From: a virus
Length of the DNA: 64,000 nt
Reading direction: 5' to 3' (one strand)
IMG/VR virus record: IMGVR_UViG_3300037119_005846
Location: 1 to 64,000 of that record
Below, piece by piece: positions 29,681 through 39,807 of this stretch; position 1 is the stretch's first letter, and each line of letters begins with the position of its first letter. Position numbers and translations under genes: made by a program. The notes under the pieces were generated by a model that saw only the letters and a list, made by a program, of their open reading frames with translations, was not told the origin of the DNA and ran no database searches.

Positions 29681-29964
29681 CGTGGTCACTCTCGCGGCGC
29701 TGATCGCCGACGGCATCTACATCGGCGGCGGCTTCATCCTGCTCGTGCTCGTCATTATCCTCATCGTCCTGCTTCTGCGGCGGTGAGCGAGGGCTGATCG
29801 TGTCGTCGCGCGCCGCCCGGGGGCTGGCGCTGGACGCGCTGTTGATCGCGGCAGTGGTCGGGATGCTGATCTTTGGATGTTGCGCGTACGTGGGCTGGGT
29901 GGCACTGTAATACCTGCTGGTGTATGTTGGTCAGTCCCAGACCCAGACGAGTGAGGGAGATCGA

Positions 29965-30222
29965 ATGAGGTACCGCAGGAGGGCTCTTGAAGTCGACGCG
30001 GCGCGTGTGCCAGACGGCGACCCGGACGCGTGGCGAGTGTTCGGCGAGTGGCTCGGCATCGACGCTGTCCCGTTCGTCGGCATCGACGACGGCATCACTA
30101 TTCACCGAACAAGCAGTGACGACGACCTGCGTGCCGAGATCGGCGACTGGGTCGTGCGCGACGGGTGGGGCATGTCCGTGTGCCCGGGCGACAGGTTCGA
30201 CGACCTGTACGAGGAGCTGTGA
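29965..30222 (+). CDS. Conserved hypothetical phage protein (YRRR..EVDA...A.IGDWVV)
   Basis: Resembles the common KYRKKPV.VEA phage family. Confidence 0.55.
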   Translation: MRYRRRALEVDAARVPDGDPDAWRVFGEWLGIDAVPFVGIDDGITIHRTSSDDDLRAEIGDWVVRDGWGMSVCPGDRFDDLYEEL

Positions 30223-30610
30223 GTGGGTCGGGTGTGGCTCCGGGATGAAGACGGAGCCGTGCCGTTGAGCGAGATCGACGACGACGACGTCGGGGCGCGG
30301 CGGGAGCCTGTCACGCGGGAGCTGTTCGTCTGCGCCCGTCTCGAGTACGACATCCTCGCGCATCTGCCGTGTCCGGACTGCGGGCACCGGGCGGACGCGC
30401 ATACCGCCGAGCTCTCGTGTGACGTCTGCGCCGTGATCCGGGCTGTCGGGTAATAGCAACTGTCCTGCGGGCGGGCGCGTGCGAGCGCGTGACGTGGCAC
30501 GCGTCGCGGCCAGGAGGTGGTTCTGGCAGTGATGATAAGGTTCACGCTCTGCGCCCGCCGGTGCACTGACCGAGACGAGAAGACATGATCGAAGACGCAA
30601 CGCCGGCAGC

Positions 30611-33070
30611 ATGCTGCATGCTGAGTACCAGCTGCGCCGCGATATCTGGAGGGGGACCTTTGACGTGGGATCTGAAGCGTGGAGCGAGCTGCCGCCGCCT
30701 CCGTCCTCGGGGACGCCGCTCGTGGAAGTCGTCAGGTACTACACAGAGACAGCGCGGGGTGCGCTGGGTCCGGGCTGGGACCTCGAGCTGATACCGGTCG
30801 CGGGCAAGAACCCGCGGGTGAACGGGAGCGGCTGGCAGCTGCTCGCGTCGTCTGACCCGGTCGCGGTGCTCGAGCAGCTGAAGAGACTGGGTGGGCGTGC
30901 CGACGGGATCGGTGCGCTGATGAACCGACACATCGCGTTCGACGTCGACAACCGGGCGGCCGTGCCGTCGGGTCTGATGTCGATCTTCGAGGAGGGCCTG
31001 ACCAACGAGACGCGGCCCGGGCGATCGCACCACATCTTCCGCGTGCCCGAGGGAGTGAAGTACGGCGGGAGCAAGGCGAAGCTCGACGAGGTGTACAGCG
31101 TGACCTCTAAGTGGGGCGAGGTGAAGGCCTGGAACAGTCAGGTACGGATCTGGTCACCGAACGACGACGGGTCGCACGTGGCGCTGAGGCCAGCGCTCGT
31201 GCCAGAGCTACCGCCCGTGCTGACCGGCGGGCTGCTGCTGCCGCCGCTGGCACCCGGTGAGTCTGTCACGGACGCCGAGCTCGAGGACTTCCTCGCGGAG
31301 CACACTGAAGAGTGGCACCCGGAGTGGCTCGCCGAGGACATCGATCGGTTCGTTCGGGATCTGCAGTCGAAGTACGAGGCGATGAACTCGCGGATCTTCC
31401 ACCTCGCGAACAACGTCGCGAAGGGAAGATACTCAGGGCAGCGTGCATATGACACCCTGCTCGCGGCGTATCGCGCGGCGTGCGAGGCGAGCAGCGACTG
31501 GAACGCCGAGCGCGAGCCGAAGTACCGAACCTCCTGGCGCGGAGCCGTGGCAAAGGTGACCCGCGACCCGGCGATCATTGCGTCGATCGCCGAGGCGAGG
31601 CGACATGGCAGCGCGAGTGTGCCGTGGGACCCGGAGCATGATGAGAGTGATGCCGCACTCGATGCGTGGTTCGAGCAGTGGGCAGAGTCAATGGGCGTCG
31701 AATACTCCGGCGGAAGCGCACGTGACTCGTCCGCAGACGCGACCGATCCAACCGTGCTGCTTCATGCCGCAGCTACCGATGAGGCTTCTAGTGAGGCAGA
31801 GAGCGAGGCAGAGAGCGAGGCAGAGCCATCGTCGGCTGACCCGTCGGTCAGTGGAGAGAGTGACTACGAACGACAGAAGCGACTCCGACTTGCTGACCCA
31901 GAGCGCATCGACTATTACCGCAACAAGCTGAATGAGCGGGTCGACGAGGAGATCCTCAAGGACGCATTCCGCGAGATGGTAACCGGCAAGGTGGCGGCGA
32001 AGACGATCGACCTGACCGCGGTGCACGCCGAGAAGGCGCCGACAATGATGGTAGTCCGCCCTGAGACAGACGGCTTCGGACTGATGTATGACGACGCCGT
32101 GGCTAACCTGATCGGCGACAAAGCAACAGGTAAGAGCTGGATGCTGATGCAGGTAGCAATCGACGAGATGAATCGTGGTCGACCTGTTGTCTGGCTCGAC
32201 TGGGAGATGACAGAGAACCGCGTCGGTCTGCGACTCGTTCAAATGCGAGCTGATCCAACTGTCGTAATGAGTCGGTTCAGATACCTCGAGATGGGCGGCA
32301 AGACACTCGCCGCAGCAGTGGGTGCAGCCGAGAGCTCGTTCGGTCGGGGGAGCGGCGCGCTGGTCATTCTTGACTCAGTCAGCCGCGCGCTCGGCAGCGA
32401 AGCCGGCGCCGGCGACGAGCGAGACGAGAACTCCGCGGGCCTGTATGCCGCGTTTATCGAGCGCGTGTCGCGTCTTCGCCAGGTAGTCGGCGGGCCCGTG
32501 GCGATGGTGGAGCATACCGGCCACAGCTCGAAATGGCGAGCTCGCGGGACGTCGGCGAAGGGACAGCAGGTCGACACAGAGCTGTCAGTCACGGTCGTCA
32601 AGAGGTGGTCGCGATCAGAGTCAGGCTGGGCTGCTCTGACTGCTCGGAAGGATCGCGGTGGCTGGCTCGAGGAAGATCAGCCGCTGTGGGGTGCGTTCTT
32701 TCAGCCGCTTGGCGGGGCCGGCGAGCTGTCCGTGAAGTTCCGCGAGCTGGATGACTGGGAGCGCGGTGAAGCCGGCATCGCCGGCCTCGACGAGTCAGAG
32801 CGATCACGGCACGAGCGGGACAGCGCGCGTGAGCGACGGACCGTCGAGAAAGAAGAGGAGAACGTTGAGCGAATCATGAAGGTGCTCGCCGACGACAAGG
32901 AGCACTCGAACAGCGAGCTTGAGCGGATCACGAAGATCCCACGGAAGACCGTTGGAGAGATCGTCGATCAGCTCCTCGCGGACGGCGAGGTCGTCTGGAA
33001 CGGCAAGTCTGGGCGGTTCAACGGAGTCCGGCTCGCGGGTGCCGAGGGATCTGATCCCATTGAGTCTTGA
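30611..33070 (+). CDS. Bifunctional primase-polymerase / RecA-like (AAA_25-type) helicase with C-terminal winged helix
   Basis: N-terminal IPV.GKNP, FDVD and T.PGR.HHIFR Prim-Pol motifs; GDKATGKS Walker A, LVILDS Walker B, EHTGH..ARGTS. Confidence 0.82.
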   Translation: MLHAEYQLRRDIWRGTFDVGSEAWSELPPPPSSGTPLVEVVRYYTETARGALGPGWDLELIPVAGKNPRVNGSGWQLLASSDPVAVLEQLKRLGGRADGIGALMNRHIAFDVDNRAAVPSGLMSIFEEGLTNETRPGRSHHIFRVPEGVKYGGSKAKLDEVYSVTSKWGEVKAWNSQVRIWSPNDDGSHVALRPALVPELPPVLTGGLLLPPLAPGESVTDAELEDFLAEHTEEWHPEWLAEDIDRFVRDLQSKYEAMNSRIFHLANNVAKGRYSGQRAYDTLLAAYRAACEASSDWNAEREPKYRTSWRGAVAKVTRDPAIIASIAEARRHGSASVPWDPEHDESDAALDAWFEQWAESMGVEYSGGSARDSSADATDPTVLLHAAATDEASSEAESEAESEAEPSSADPSVSGESDYERQKRLRLADPERIDYYRNKLNERVDEEILKDAFREMVTGKVAAKTIDLTAVHAEKAPTMMVVRPETDGFGLMYDDAVANLIGDKATGKSWMLMQVAIDEMNRGRPVVWLDWEMTENRVGLRLVQMRADPTVVMSRFRYLEMGGKTLAAAVGAAESSFGRGSGALVILDSVSRALGSEAGAGDERDENSAGLYAAFIERVSRLRQVVGGPVAMVEHTGHSSKWRARGTSAKGQQVDTELSVTVVKRWSRSESGWAALTARKDRGGWLEEDQPLWGAFFQPLGGAGELSVKFRELDDWERGEAGIAGLDESERSRHERDSARERRTVEKEEENVERIMKVLADDKEHSNSELERITKIPRKTVGEIVDQLLADGEVVWNGKSGRFNGVRLAGAEGSDPIES

Positions 33071-33252
33071 CCAATGGTATCAGATGAGCCAATGGAGCCA
33101 TATGCTGACGAAATCCCATCGGAAACCGGCCATCGTGGAGTATACATTGAAGTGTACCCCCATTGGCCCCACTGATCACCGCCCGGAGGGCGGTGCCTGG
33201 CCTCAGGTGCCTGGCCCAGGTGCCAGTGACCAGTGGGATCAGTGGGACAATT
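33068..33252. repeat. Short direct/inverted CCA(A/G)TGG repeats after the primase gene; candidate replication origin
   Basis: GACCAATGG, GCCAATGG, CCCATTGG, GACCAGTGGGATCAGTGGGAC clustered in ~190 bp. Confidence 0.45.
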
Positions 33253-33764
33253 CGCCGACCACGAACCCGGACTTCCCACTGAATTTTGAACTGACGAGAC
33301 GAGAGGACAGACCGTGACCACAGATGATGACCTGACAACGCTCGGCAAGGAGCTGACCGTGACGACAATTGCCGGATTCAGACTCGGCGGCCAGCTAATC
33401 GAGTGGGGACGTTGGGTGTGACCGTCCGCACCAGCGGTCCAGACCGCGATCGAACGTTCATTCCGTGGACGAGTGTGTCGCACGTCAACCGTCCGTGGCA
33501 TCCGCGCGATGCAGAGCTGATCATGAATCAGGCCGTGGCTAACGCGCTGAAAGAGCCTGACTATGACCGCCCACACTGACGGCATGAGGGCCTGTGGTCA
33601 CGCCTGCGGTGAGAGACGGTGAGAGCTGAAGGGATATCCATCAGGGCAGCTGAGGGCCTGAGAGGGACACAGGGAGCGAGCCAGAAGCCCGGCCGGACCA
33701 CAGGTAAGCCAACCGATGTTGGCTTTAGAGATCCTGTCCCGCGACGACGCACGTGCGCGTGCGT

Positions 33765-34166
33765 CTGAGATCCATGCCCATATCACATTCCCGTCGGCGA
33801 GGCGCCGCTGACAGGGACGTCAGCGCGCTGACTGCGACCGCGACCGCATCGCTGCCGGAGATGCCTGCCCATATGCTTTTTGAAGTATAAGCACGCGACG
33901 TTCGGCGCTGATCGCTGACAGCTCGCTCTCGCAGAAAAGTGCTGCCCATATGCTTTTCAGACCGGCCTGGGACATCGACGACGACGCGCAGGTTATTCGC
34001 TGACAGCTGACAGCTCTGCACAGGTGTCATTCTCGTGAAAGTGCCGACCATATCATATTTCTCGGGTCCCCTGATTGTCACGCGCTTTCGGCGTGCATGA
34101 GTAGATTCTTAGATGCGCGCAGGGTGCACACACATTCTAGATAATGCTGCCCATATCATTTTCTAA
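33765..34166. repeat. Array of five palindrome-flanked CTGCCCATAT elements
   Basis: Cores at 33774, 33865, 33942, 34044 and 34147; e.g. TAGATAATG-CTGCCCATAT-CATTTTCTA. Confidence 0.75.
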
Positions 34167-34747
34167 TAATCGGCGAGTCTTTGACGCGTGCATTCTCTTC
34201 CCGAGATTCCCGCCGGCGAATGCCGGCGCGCGGGCACGCGAGCGTGCCGGTGCACCGCAACCACAGCCATGTCACTTTGGCACGTGTCGCTCGGCGCGCT
34301 CTCTCGCGCACAGGTGAATGCACGCGCGTGCACGCACGCATGCGCGTGTATGCGCACGCGAGAGAGCGAGCAGTCGTCTCGTCGCTCAGCGCTCAGCGCG
34401 CATGAGCGAGAGCGCAGGCACGGGCAGCGGCAGGGGGGCACGTGCAGGCACGTGCAGGCGCGCGAGTCTCTTGACTCGTCGGCGCTCGGCCCGGCGACGT
34501 TGCTCCGGCGTCGGCGCCCGGGGGCGAGAGCTCGAGCTCGTGCTTGTGGCCATGGGCCGGCTCCCGCAGAGCACCGAGCTACGCGGAGTGGAGTTGTGCG
34601 TGCACTACGCGCCCTTCACCTCCAGATCCCCCCGTGTTAGGCACAAACATGTATACGCCCTCAGCATGAGCGAGAGCTCAGGGCTGTTTCACCGCCCTCA
34701 CCACGGGGAACTATGACCGCGAGTCAGCACACTCAAAGGAGACAACA

Positions 34748-34939
34748 ATGGCCCAGTCACAGAAGTCAGCGCCCAAGTCCAAGGCAGACGACCTGTCCGC
34801 CGAGGAGCAGAACTGGATGAACGAGCCGGACAAGCCCGGCTACGACCCCACGCTCCCCCAGAACACCCCCAAGGCCGGCGCTCGCCCGACGTCCCCCGAC
34901 GAGACGGTCGCCCTCGAGGTCGACGACAAGGAGAAGTAG
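34748..34939 (+). CDS. Small acidic hypothetical protein
   Basis: AAGGAG RBS; 63 aa. Confidence 0.6.
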   Translation: MAQSQKSAPKSKADDLSAEEQNWMNEPDKPGYDPTLPQNTPKAGARPTSPDETVALEVDDKEK

Positions 34940-35086
34940 ATAAGGTGTCTCTTGCTCGCCGCGTGACGCGGCAGGCCGGGAGGGATCGCACGTAAACGAC
35001 CGTCCCGAGGCCCGGACGGCTGCCGGCGCCCACATCCCGCCGGCGGCCCCGGGTACCGGGCACGAACGCTGATAGCGTAGCAGTCG

Positions 35087-35398
35087 ATGGCGACGTCGAA
35101 CAGTCCCTGGGTCATCAGCGGCGCGCTCGTAACGGCGACCTGCGCCTGGAACTGGCCGGCAGACGAGAGGGACCCGGACCCGGACCCGGACGCGGACGCG
35201 GACGCGGACGAACCCGTCTACCCGCCGGACCCGATGTACGACGACCCGCCCCCGACGCCGACCCCGCCCGCTCCCCCGCCTCAGTCCCAGGTGCCCCTGA
35301 TGCACGAGTGTCGTCTGACCCCCGGGCACGCTGACAGCCACTACTGCGCCTGCGGCGTCGTCGGACCGGAGTCTTCGACGCCGAGCCCTCCGGCCTGA
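35087..35398 (+). CDS. Pro/Asp-rich hypothetical protein with (GACCCG/GACGCG)n microsatellite
   Basis: DPDPDPDADADAD tract; C-terminal C...GH...H.C.CG. Confidence 0.45.
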   Translation: MATSNSPWVISGALVTATCAWNWPADERDPDPDPDADADADEPVYPPDPMYDDPPPTPTPPAPPPQSQVPLMHECRLTPGHADSHYCACGVVGPESSTPSPPA

Positions 35399-35429
35399 CA
35401 CGAGAGCGCCCGGCCACAAGCCGGCCGGG

Positions 35430-35458
35430 TGGTCATTTACAACACATTGGTGTATAAT
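35430..35458 (+). promoter_or_regulatory. Promoter family member TGGTCA-N17-TATAAT (leaderless ATG 35465)
   Basis: Same architecture at six other sites. Confidence 0.75.
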
Positions 35459-35464
35459 GACGCC

Positions 35465-35695
35465 ATGACACAGACAGAGAAGCCCGATCCCTACCCGATG
35501 GAGATCAGCCCCGAGCTCAAGGCCTTCCTCTACGGCGACGTGCTCGTCCGACGCGAGCTGGACGCCGACGGCGACCCGGCTCCCGACGACGAGCCCGAGC
35601 TCAAGGCCGGCGAGCTGTACGACGACGACGCCCTCCACGACCGCTTCAACGCCTACCGCCCCTACGAGCGCGACGACTGGAACGAGCGTGACTGA
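35465..35695 (+). CDS. Acidic hypothetical protein (leaderless, MTQT start)
   Basis: ATG 6 nt after TATAAT. Confidence 0.6.
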   Translation: MTQTEKPDPYPMEISPELKAFLYGDVLVRRELDADGDPAPDDEPELKAGELYDDDALHDRFNAYRPYERDDWNERD

Positions 35696-35833
35696 CAAGA
35701 CCCAGACCCAGACCCGCGAGCCGATCCGCCCGCCGGCCACTCCCACCGCGACGCGGTACGCTAGCAACCACAACTGGTCGCGCCGCGGTGACAACACCAA
35801 GTACAAGACCAAGAAGTGAAGTAAGGACCCGAC

Positions 35834-36127
35834 ATGACGACCAACGCATCCCACTCAGCATGCGGCGCACACCCGAACCATCACCACCCCTGGAAGCTCG
35901 CCCAGTACGTCTCGCCCGGCGACGTCGTCAGCGACGAAGATCACCTGTACTGGACGGTGACGGCGACCGCCCATGCGCACTACCCGTCGTCCGGCATCGT
36001 CCTCGAGCTCGCGGGCGCCGAGGACGGCGTCAACGCCGACCGCCGAACCTCCGTCTTCTACGGCGCCCACGAGCGAGTGACGCTGGTCGCCGACCTCGAC
36101 CCCGGCACCCCCGAGGCGACGCCGTGA
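35834..36127 (+). CDS. Hypothetical protein
   Basis: AAGGA RBS; 97 aa. Confidence 0.55.
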   Translation: MTTNASHSACGAHPNHHHPWKLAQYVSPGDVVSDEDHLYWTVTATAHAHYPSSGIVLELAGAEDGVNADRRTSVFYGAHERVTLVADLDPGTPEATP

Positions 36128-36230
36128 GCGGCTCTCACATCGGCACCCGCGGTATGTGCGTATGGGAGGAGGACACGCCCATCCCAGACGTGGTGGCCGT
36201 GTTGGCCCGGTATCGGGAGGCGAGGAAGTG

Positions 36231-36512
36231 ATGGACGCCGTAGACGTACTCAACGGGATCATCGCCACGAAGGACGCCGAGATCAAACAGCTACGGGACG
36301 ACCTGGCCCGCATGTACCGGCTGCGCCGCGAGCAGCCACCAATCACCCCGGAACAGCGGGCCGTCCTCGACGCCGCGATCGGACTGCACGAATGCTCCGG
36401 GGCGGACGACACCGACGAGGCCGACGATCCGCGTCTCGCCGAATGGACCGACCGTCTCTACGCAGCTATCGACGCCCTCCGGGCCGCCACCCCGAAACAC
36501 GACGACCGATGA
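36231..36512 (+). CDS. Hypothetical protein (MDAVDVLNG paralog 1)
   Basis: TGATG-coupled. Confidence 0.6.
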   Translation: MDAVDVLNGIIATKDAEIKQLRDDLARMYRLRREQPPITPEQRAVLDAAIGLHECSGADDTDEADDPRLAEWTDRLYAAIDALRAATPKHDDR

Positions 36513-36761
36513 GCCTGTTCTTCGGGGACTTCCCCACCGAGGACACGCTTGCGCCGACCGTGAGTGGCAGCAGTGCCGGGATGAACTCGGCGATGTTCTT
36601 CACCTGCCCCGCCTGCGGAGCGTGCGTCGTGGACACGCACTACGAGACCACGAACCGCCACCTACACGACCAGTGGCACGCCGCCGGAGAGCTCTGACAC
36701 CGCCCGCACCACGACCCTGTATAATCGACTCAGACACAGACAAGAAAGGTAGGTCGACATC

Positions 36762-36992
36762 ATGACCGACGGCCCATCCGACCTCGTCACCGAGGGTCCG
36801 GACGCGTGGTGGCGCTTCCACGACAACGTCGTCCAGCTCGCGCACCACCTCGCCGACACCGGCTGGGAGGCGAAGAACGTCGCCCACGCGGTGGAGAAGC
36901 CGTGGAAGTTCGAGGACGAGTACCGCGAGGCGCTGATCGCTCAAGCCGAGAGCGAGGCCAGCGAGGCCGGCGAGGCCGGCGATGCCGACTAA
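36762..36992 (+). CDS. Hypothetical protein
   Basis: Follows TATAAT at ~36720; VEKPWKF motif. Confidence 0.6.
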   Translation: MTDGPSDLVTEGPDAWWRFHDNVVQLAHHLADTGWEAKNVAHAVEKPWKFEDEYREALIAQAESEASEAGEAGDAD

Positions 36993-37130
36993 GCGAGCAT
37001 CCCGCTCCCGCCTCCCGCCCTGCGACGTGCTCATGGAGAACTTCAGTAGCGAGGGCGTGTTCATCTGGGAGGAAGACACTCCTCTGCCAGATGTGGTGGC
37101 GTTGGCCCGTTGGCGAGAAGTGAGGAAGTG

Positions 37131-37376
37131 ATGGATGCCGTGGACGTGCTCAACGGCGTCATCGCCGTCAAGGACGCCGAGATCCAGCGGCTGGGCGACG
37201 ACCTAGAGAACGCCTACCGGCTGATACGAGAGCGCCACGACATCATCGGTTACGAGAGGGCGCTGGCCGACGACTTGGCCGCTGTGCTCTCCACGGTCCT
37301 CGATCAGTACGGCACCTTCCACGCCGAAGACGAGGTTGAACGGGTGCTGGACCGCTGGCGGGAGGCGAGGAAGTGA
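37131..37376 (+). CDS. Hypothetical protein (MDAVDVLNG paralog 2)
   Basis: TGATG-coupled; ends REARK. Confidence 0.6.
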   Translation: MDAVDVLNGVIAVKDAEIQRLGDDLENAYRLIRERHDIIGYERALADDLAAVLSTVLDQYGTFHAEDEVERVLDRWREARK

Positions 37377-37464
37377 CTGTCGCCAGGTGGATCTCGGTGG
37401 TGGTGATGGCCGTCCTGCTCGGCCTCACCGTGTTGCTGATCATCGACGTGCAACGGAGGAAACG

Positions 37465-37707
37465 ATGAACGAGCGCCCGAAGTGGGTCAGGGCGGTCAGT
37501 GACTTCGTCACTGACGAGGTGATCGATGAGAAGTACGACTACCCCGAGGACGGCAGCGACGACTGGCTGCACAGCCTGGTCGAGGACGCTGTCAACGCCA
37601 TCTTCTGCAACCACTACGGCCATGAGATCGTGGACGACCAGTGCATGATCCCCGCCCACAGGTACTGCGTATGGTGCGGAAGGAGCGCCAGTGCCATCGC
37701 CGGATGA
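37465..37707 (+). CDS. Small Cys/His-rich hypothetical protein
   Basis: GGAGG RBS; C..YGH....DQC..P.H.YC..C. Confidence 0.55.
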   Translation: MNERPKWVRAVSDFVTDEVIDEKYDYPEDGSDDWLHSLVEDAVNAIFCNHYGHEIVDDQCMIPAHRYCVWCGRSASAIAG

Positions 37708-37829
37708 CAAGCACTACGTCGTGCGAGTGACGGACATGCCGCCGACCGAACTGGAGTGCAAGTGCGGGATGCGTACCGAGGGACCGGATTGTCTCGACCG
37801 AATGGTCGTTCACGTCAGGGAGGGCAATC

Positions 37830-38237
37830 GTGAGTGAAGAGAAGCTGACACCGGAGCGGGCCGTCAGGCTGTTGAGGGCCAAGGGCGCCGAGTTGGAGAA
37901 CAAGGCCGCCGTGCTGTTCGAGGACGACACCGACGTACTCAACGACGAGTTCGGCTTCATCGCCGCCGACATCGCTCTCGTCGCCCAACTGCTGGCCGAC
38001 CACATCGAGCGCACCGCCTACACGCTCACCACGTCGGCGTCGAGCGGCTCGTTCACCGCCACGACCCATCAGCGGGTGAGCCGTGGCTACCTCAAGTCGA
38101 TCCTGAACGTGACCGAGTTCGAGGTCGGCTCCAAGGAGGAGGCCGACTACGTGGCGGCGTTGAAGGCCGAGTGTGACGCCTACCTCGGCCGTCGCTGGGG
38201 GCCGGATCACCACGACTACGACGAGATGGGCCAGTGA
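37830..38237 (+). CDS. Hypothetical protein
   Basis: GGAGG RBS; 135 aa. Confidence 0.55.
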   Translation: MSEEKLTPERAVRLLRAKGAELENKAAVLFEDDTDVLNDEFGFIAADIALVAQLLADHIERTAYTLTTSASSGSFTATTHQRVSRGYLKSILNVTEFEVGSKEEADYVAALKAECDAYLGRRWGPDHHDYDEMGQ

Positions 38238-38577
38238 TGAGCGACGGCTTCGCCTGGACGATCGTGGTCGAGTTGGCCGTCATCATCGGCCTGCTCGTCG
38301 GCCTCGTGTTCGGACCGCGGAAGTGAGTGAAGAGCGCATCGCTCGCCTGGAGACGGCGATGACCGAGATGGCCGAGGCGATGACCGAGACTCGCGTGGAC
38401 ATCCGTCGCCTGTACGAGGCGTGGCCGGGCCAGTTCAAGCAGGTCACCGCAGCGGCCGATCACGTCCGTCAGCGGATCTCCACGGCCGAGGTCGCCGTCG
38501 TCAGTGAGATACGGCGCATTCATGACCGACTCGATGCACTGGAGAAGAAGTTGTGATCGACAACAGAGGGGGAACCT

Positions 38578-38988
38578 ATGAAGAGACTGATCATGGCGTT
38601 TGCGGCAGCGATCTGCCTGACCTTGACAGTGGCCAGTCCGGCCGAGGCGATACTGCCGACGTGCGACATCTGGTTCACGATGTCATCGACACCGAAGGCG
38701 TACAGCCCGTGCAACAACACGGTGATCGGGCCGTGGACGAGTCCAGCGGGCGGCTGCCTGCAATGGGTGTCGTGGCATCGGACCCAGCGCCGGGTGCAGA
38801 GAGGGGCGGTGACCCGCTGGCAGTACCGGGAGCTTCTGGAGAACGAGGTACGGGCCAAGTTCACGGTGACGGTGGGGCCGGTCGTCTACCACAAGACGCA
38901 GACGATGCCGGGGTCGCACACGACGACGACATTGCGATCGTGGCTGGTATGGCCGGGTCCGGGCGGTTGCGTACCGCTGCACATATGA
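38578..38988 (+). CDS. Secreted hypothetical protein
   Basis: Classical signal peptide MKRLIMAFAAAICLTLTVASPAEA; paired Cys. Confidence 0.6.
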   Translation: MKRLIMAFAAAICLTLTVASPAEAILPTCDIWFTMSSTPKAYSPCNNTVIGPWTSPAGGCLQWVSWHRTQRRVQRGAVTRWQYRELLENEVRAKFTVTVGPVVYHKTQTMPGSHTTTTLRSWLVWPGPGGCVPLHI

Positions 38989-39384
38989 ACCGCTGGACGG
39001 TGCTCACTGTGGTGGCCATGTTGTGGCTGATCGCCGCCGCCGTCAACGCCATCTGGTTCCCGTCATGGGGCGCCCTGGCCGGAATGCTCCTGGTCATCCT
39101 GGCGGCGTGGTGGGTAGTCGGCGGCTGCGCCCGCCGCGGTGACCCACTGGCTCGACGCCTGACACACATCCACTCGTCGTGATCATCATCGCTCTCGCCG
39201 CCCTCGCCTTGATCGGCCTGCTCGCCGTTGCGGCGACGATGCTGAGCAGCATCATCAGCCGGGAGGAAGAGTGACCACCAAGCACCACGTCATGCTCTGG
39301 CTGGCGATGATCACGATCATCTTCGACGTCACGCTTCTCGCCGGTCACTATCACTAACAACACAGACATGAAGGAGACACAGTC

Positions 39385-39753
39385 ATGAGTAGGAAGGACA
39401 AGCGCGCTGCCGAGCGTGCCGCGTACCTCGCGTACTACCAGGCACAGGTCGCGCCGACGCAGTTCGTGCCGCCGGTCATAGCGCAGGCTCAGCTCGCGCC
39501 GCCGCGGTCGAAGAAGATCAAGGTCAAGCGCGGCCAGCGACTCTGCGCGGTCTGCGGCGACATCAACAAGCCCAAGGTCAAGACCGAGACGTTCCGCGGC
39601 CGGCCGCGCAAGAAGGTCAGCGGCTGGGGCGCGCTGGCGACCGGCGGGCTGTCGGTGATCGGCGACCTGGCTGCCCCGCGACGTCAGGGCCCGGTCACCG
39701 GCAGGCAGCGCACCGCCTACTGCCGCAGCTGCGGGGCGGCGAGCCCCGGCTGA
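39385..39753 (+). CDS. Basic Zn-ribbon protein
   Basis: CAVCG...ATGGLS...CRSCG; AAGGAG RBS. Confidence 0.6.
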   Translation: MSRKDKRAAERAAYLAYYQAQVAPTQFVPPVIAQAQLAPPRSKKIKVKRGQRLCAVCGDINKPKVKTETFRGRPRKKVSGWGALATGGLSVIGDLAAPRRQGPVTGRQRTAYCRSCGAASPG

Positions 39754-39778
39754 CAGACCCGCGCCATTTACAGCGGAG

Positions 39779-39807
39779 TGGACAAACACAACACAATGCT
39801 GTATAAT
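39779..39807 (+). promoter_or_regulatory. Promoter TGGACA-N17-TATAAT
   Basis: Family member; leaderless ATG at 39814. Confidence 0.75.

Larger units (their letters stand above)
36163..37205 (+). repeat. Diverged ~140-bp direct repeat spanning a gene junction (copies ~36163-36305 and ~37066-37205)
   Basis: WEEDTP.PDVVA..AR.RE.RK-stop/MDAVDVLNG.IA.KDAEI..L.DDL occurs twice; ATGs at 36231 and 37131. Confidence 0.8.

Noticed and set aside
30585-30791. Alternative start or frameshifted N-terminus for the primase
   Set aside because: Different frame with no slippery site seen; cannot be supported without reads.
31792-31827. 12-bp tandem repeat in the primase linker (also GK/GS repeats at ~48050-48110 and a 15-bp repeat at ~63240)
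   Set aside because: In-frame low-complexity linker expansions; no sign of phase variation.
33765-34166. CRISPR array
   Set aside because: Repeats are too degenerate, the period is irregular (77-103 bp), spacers share a motif, and no cas operon is present. Kept as an unexplained array.
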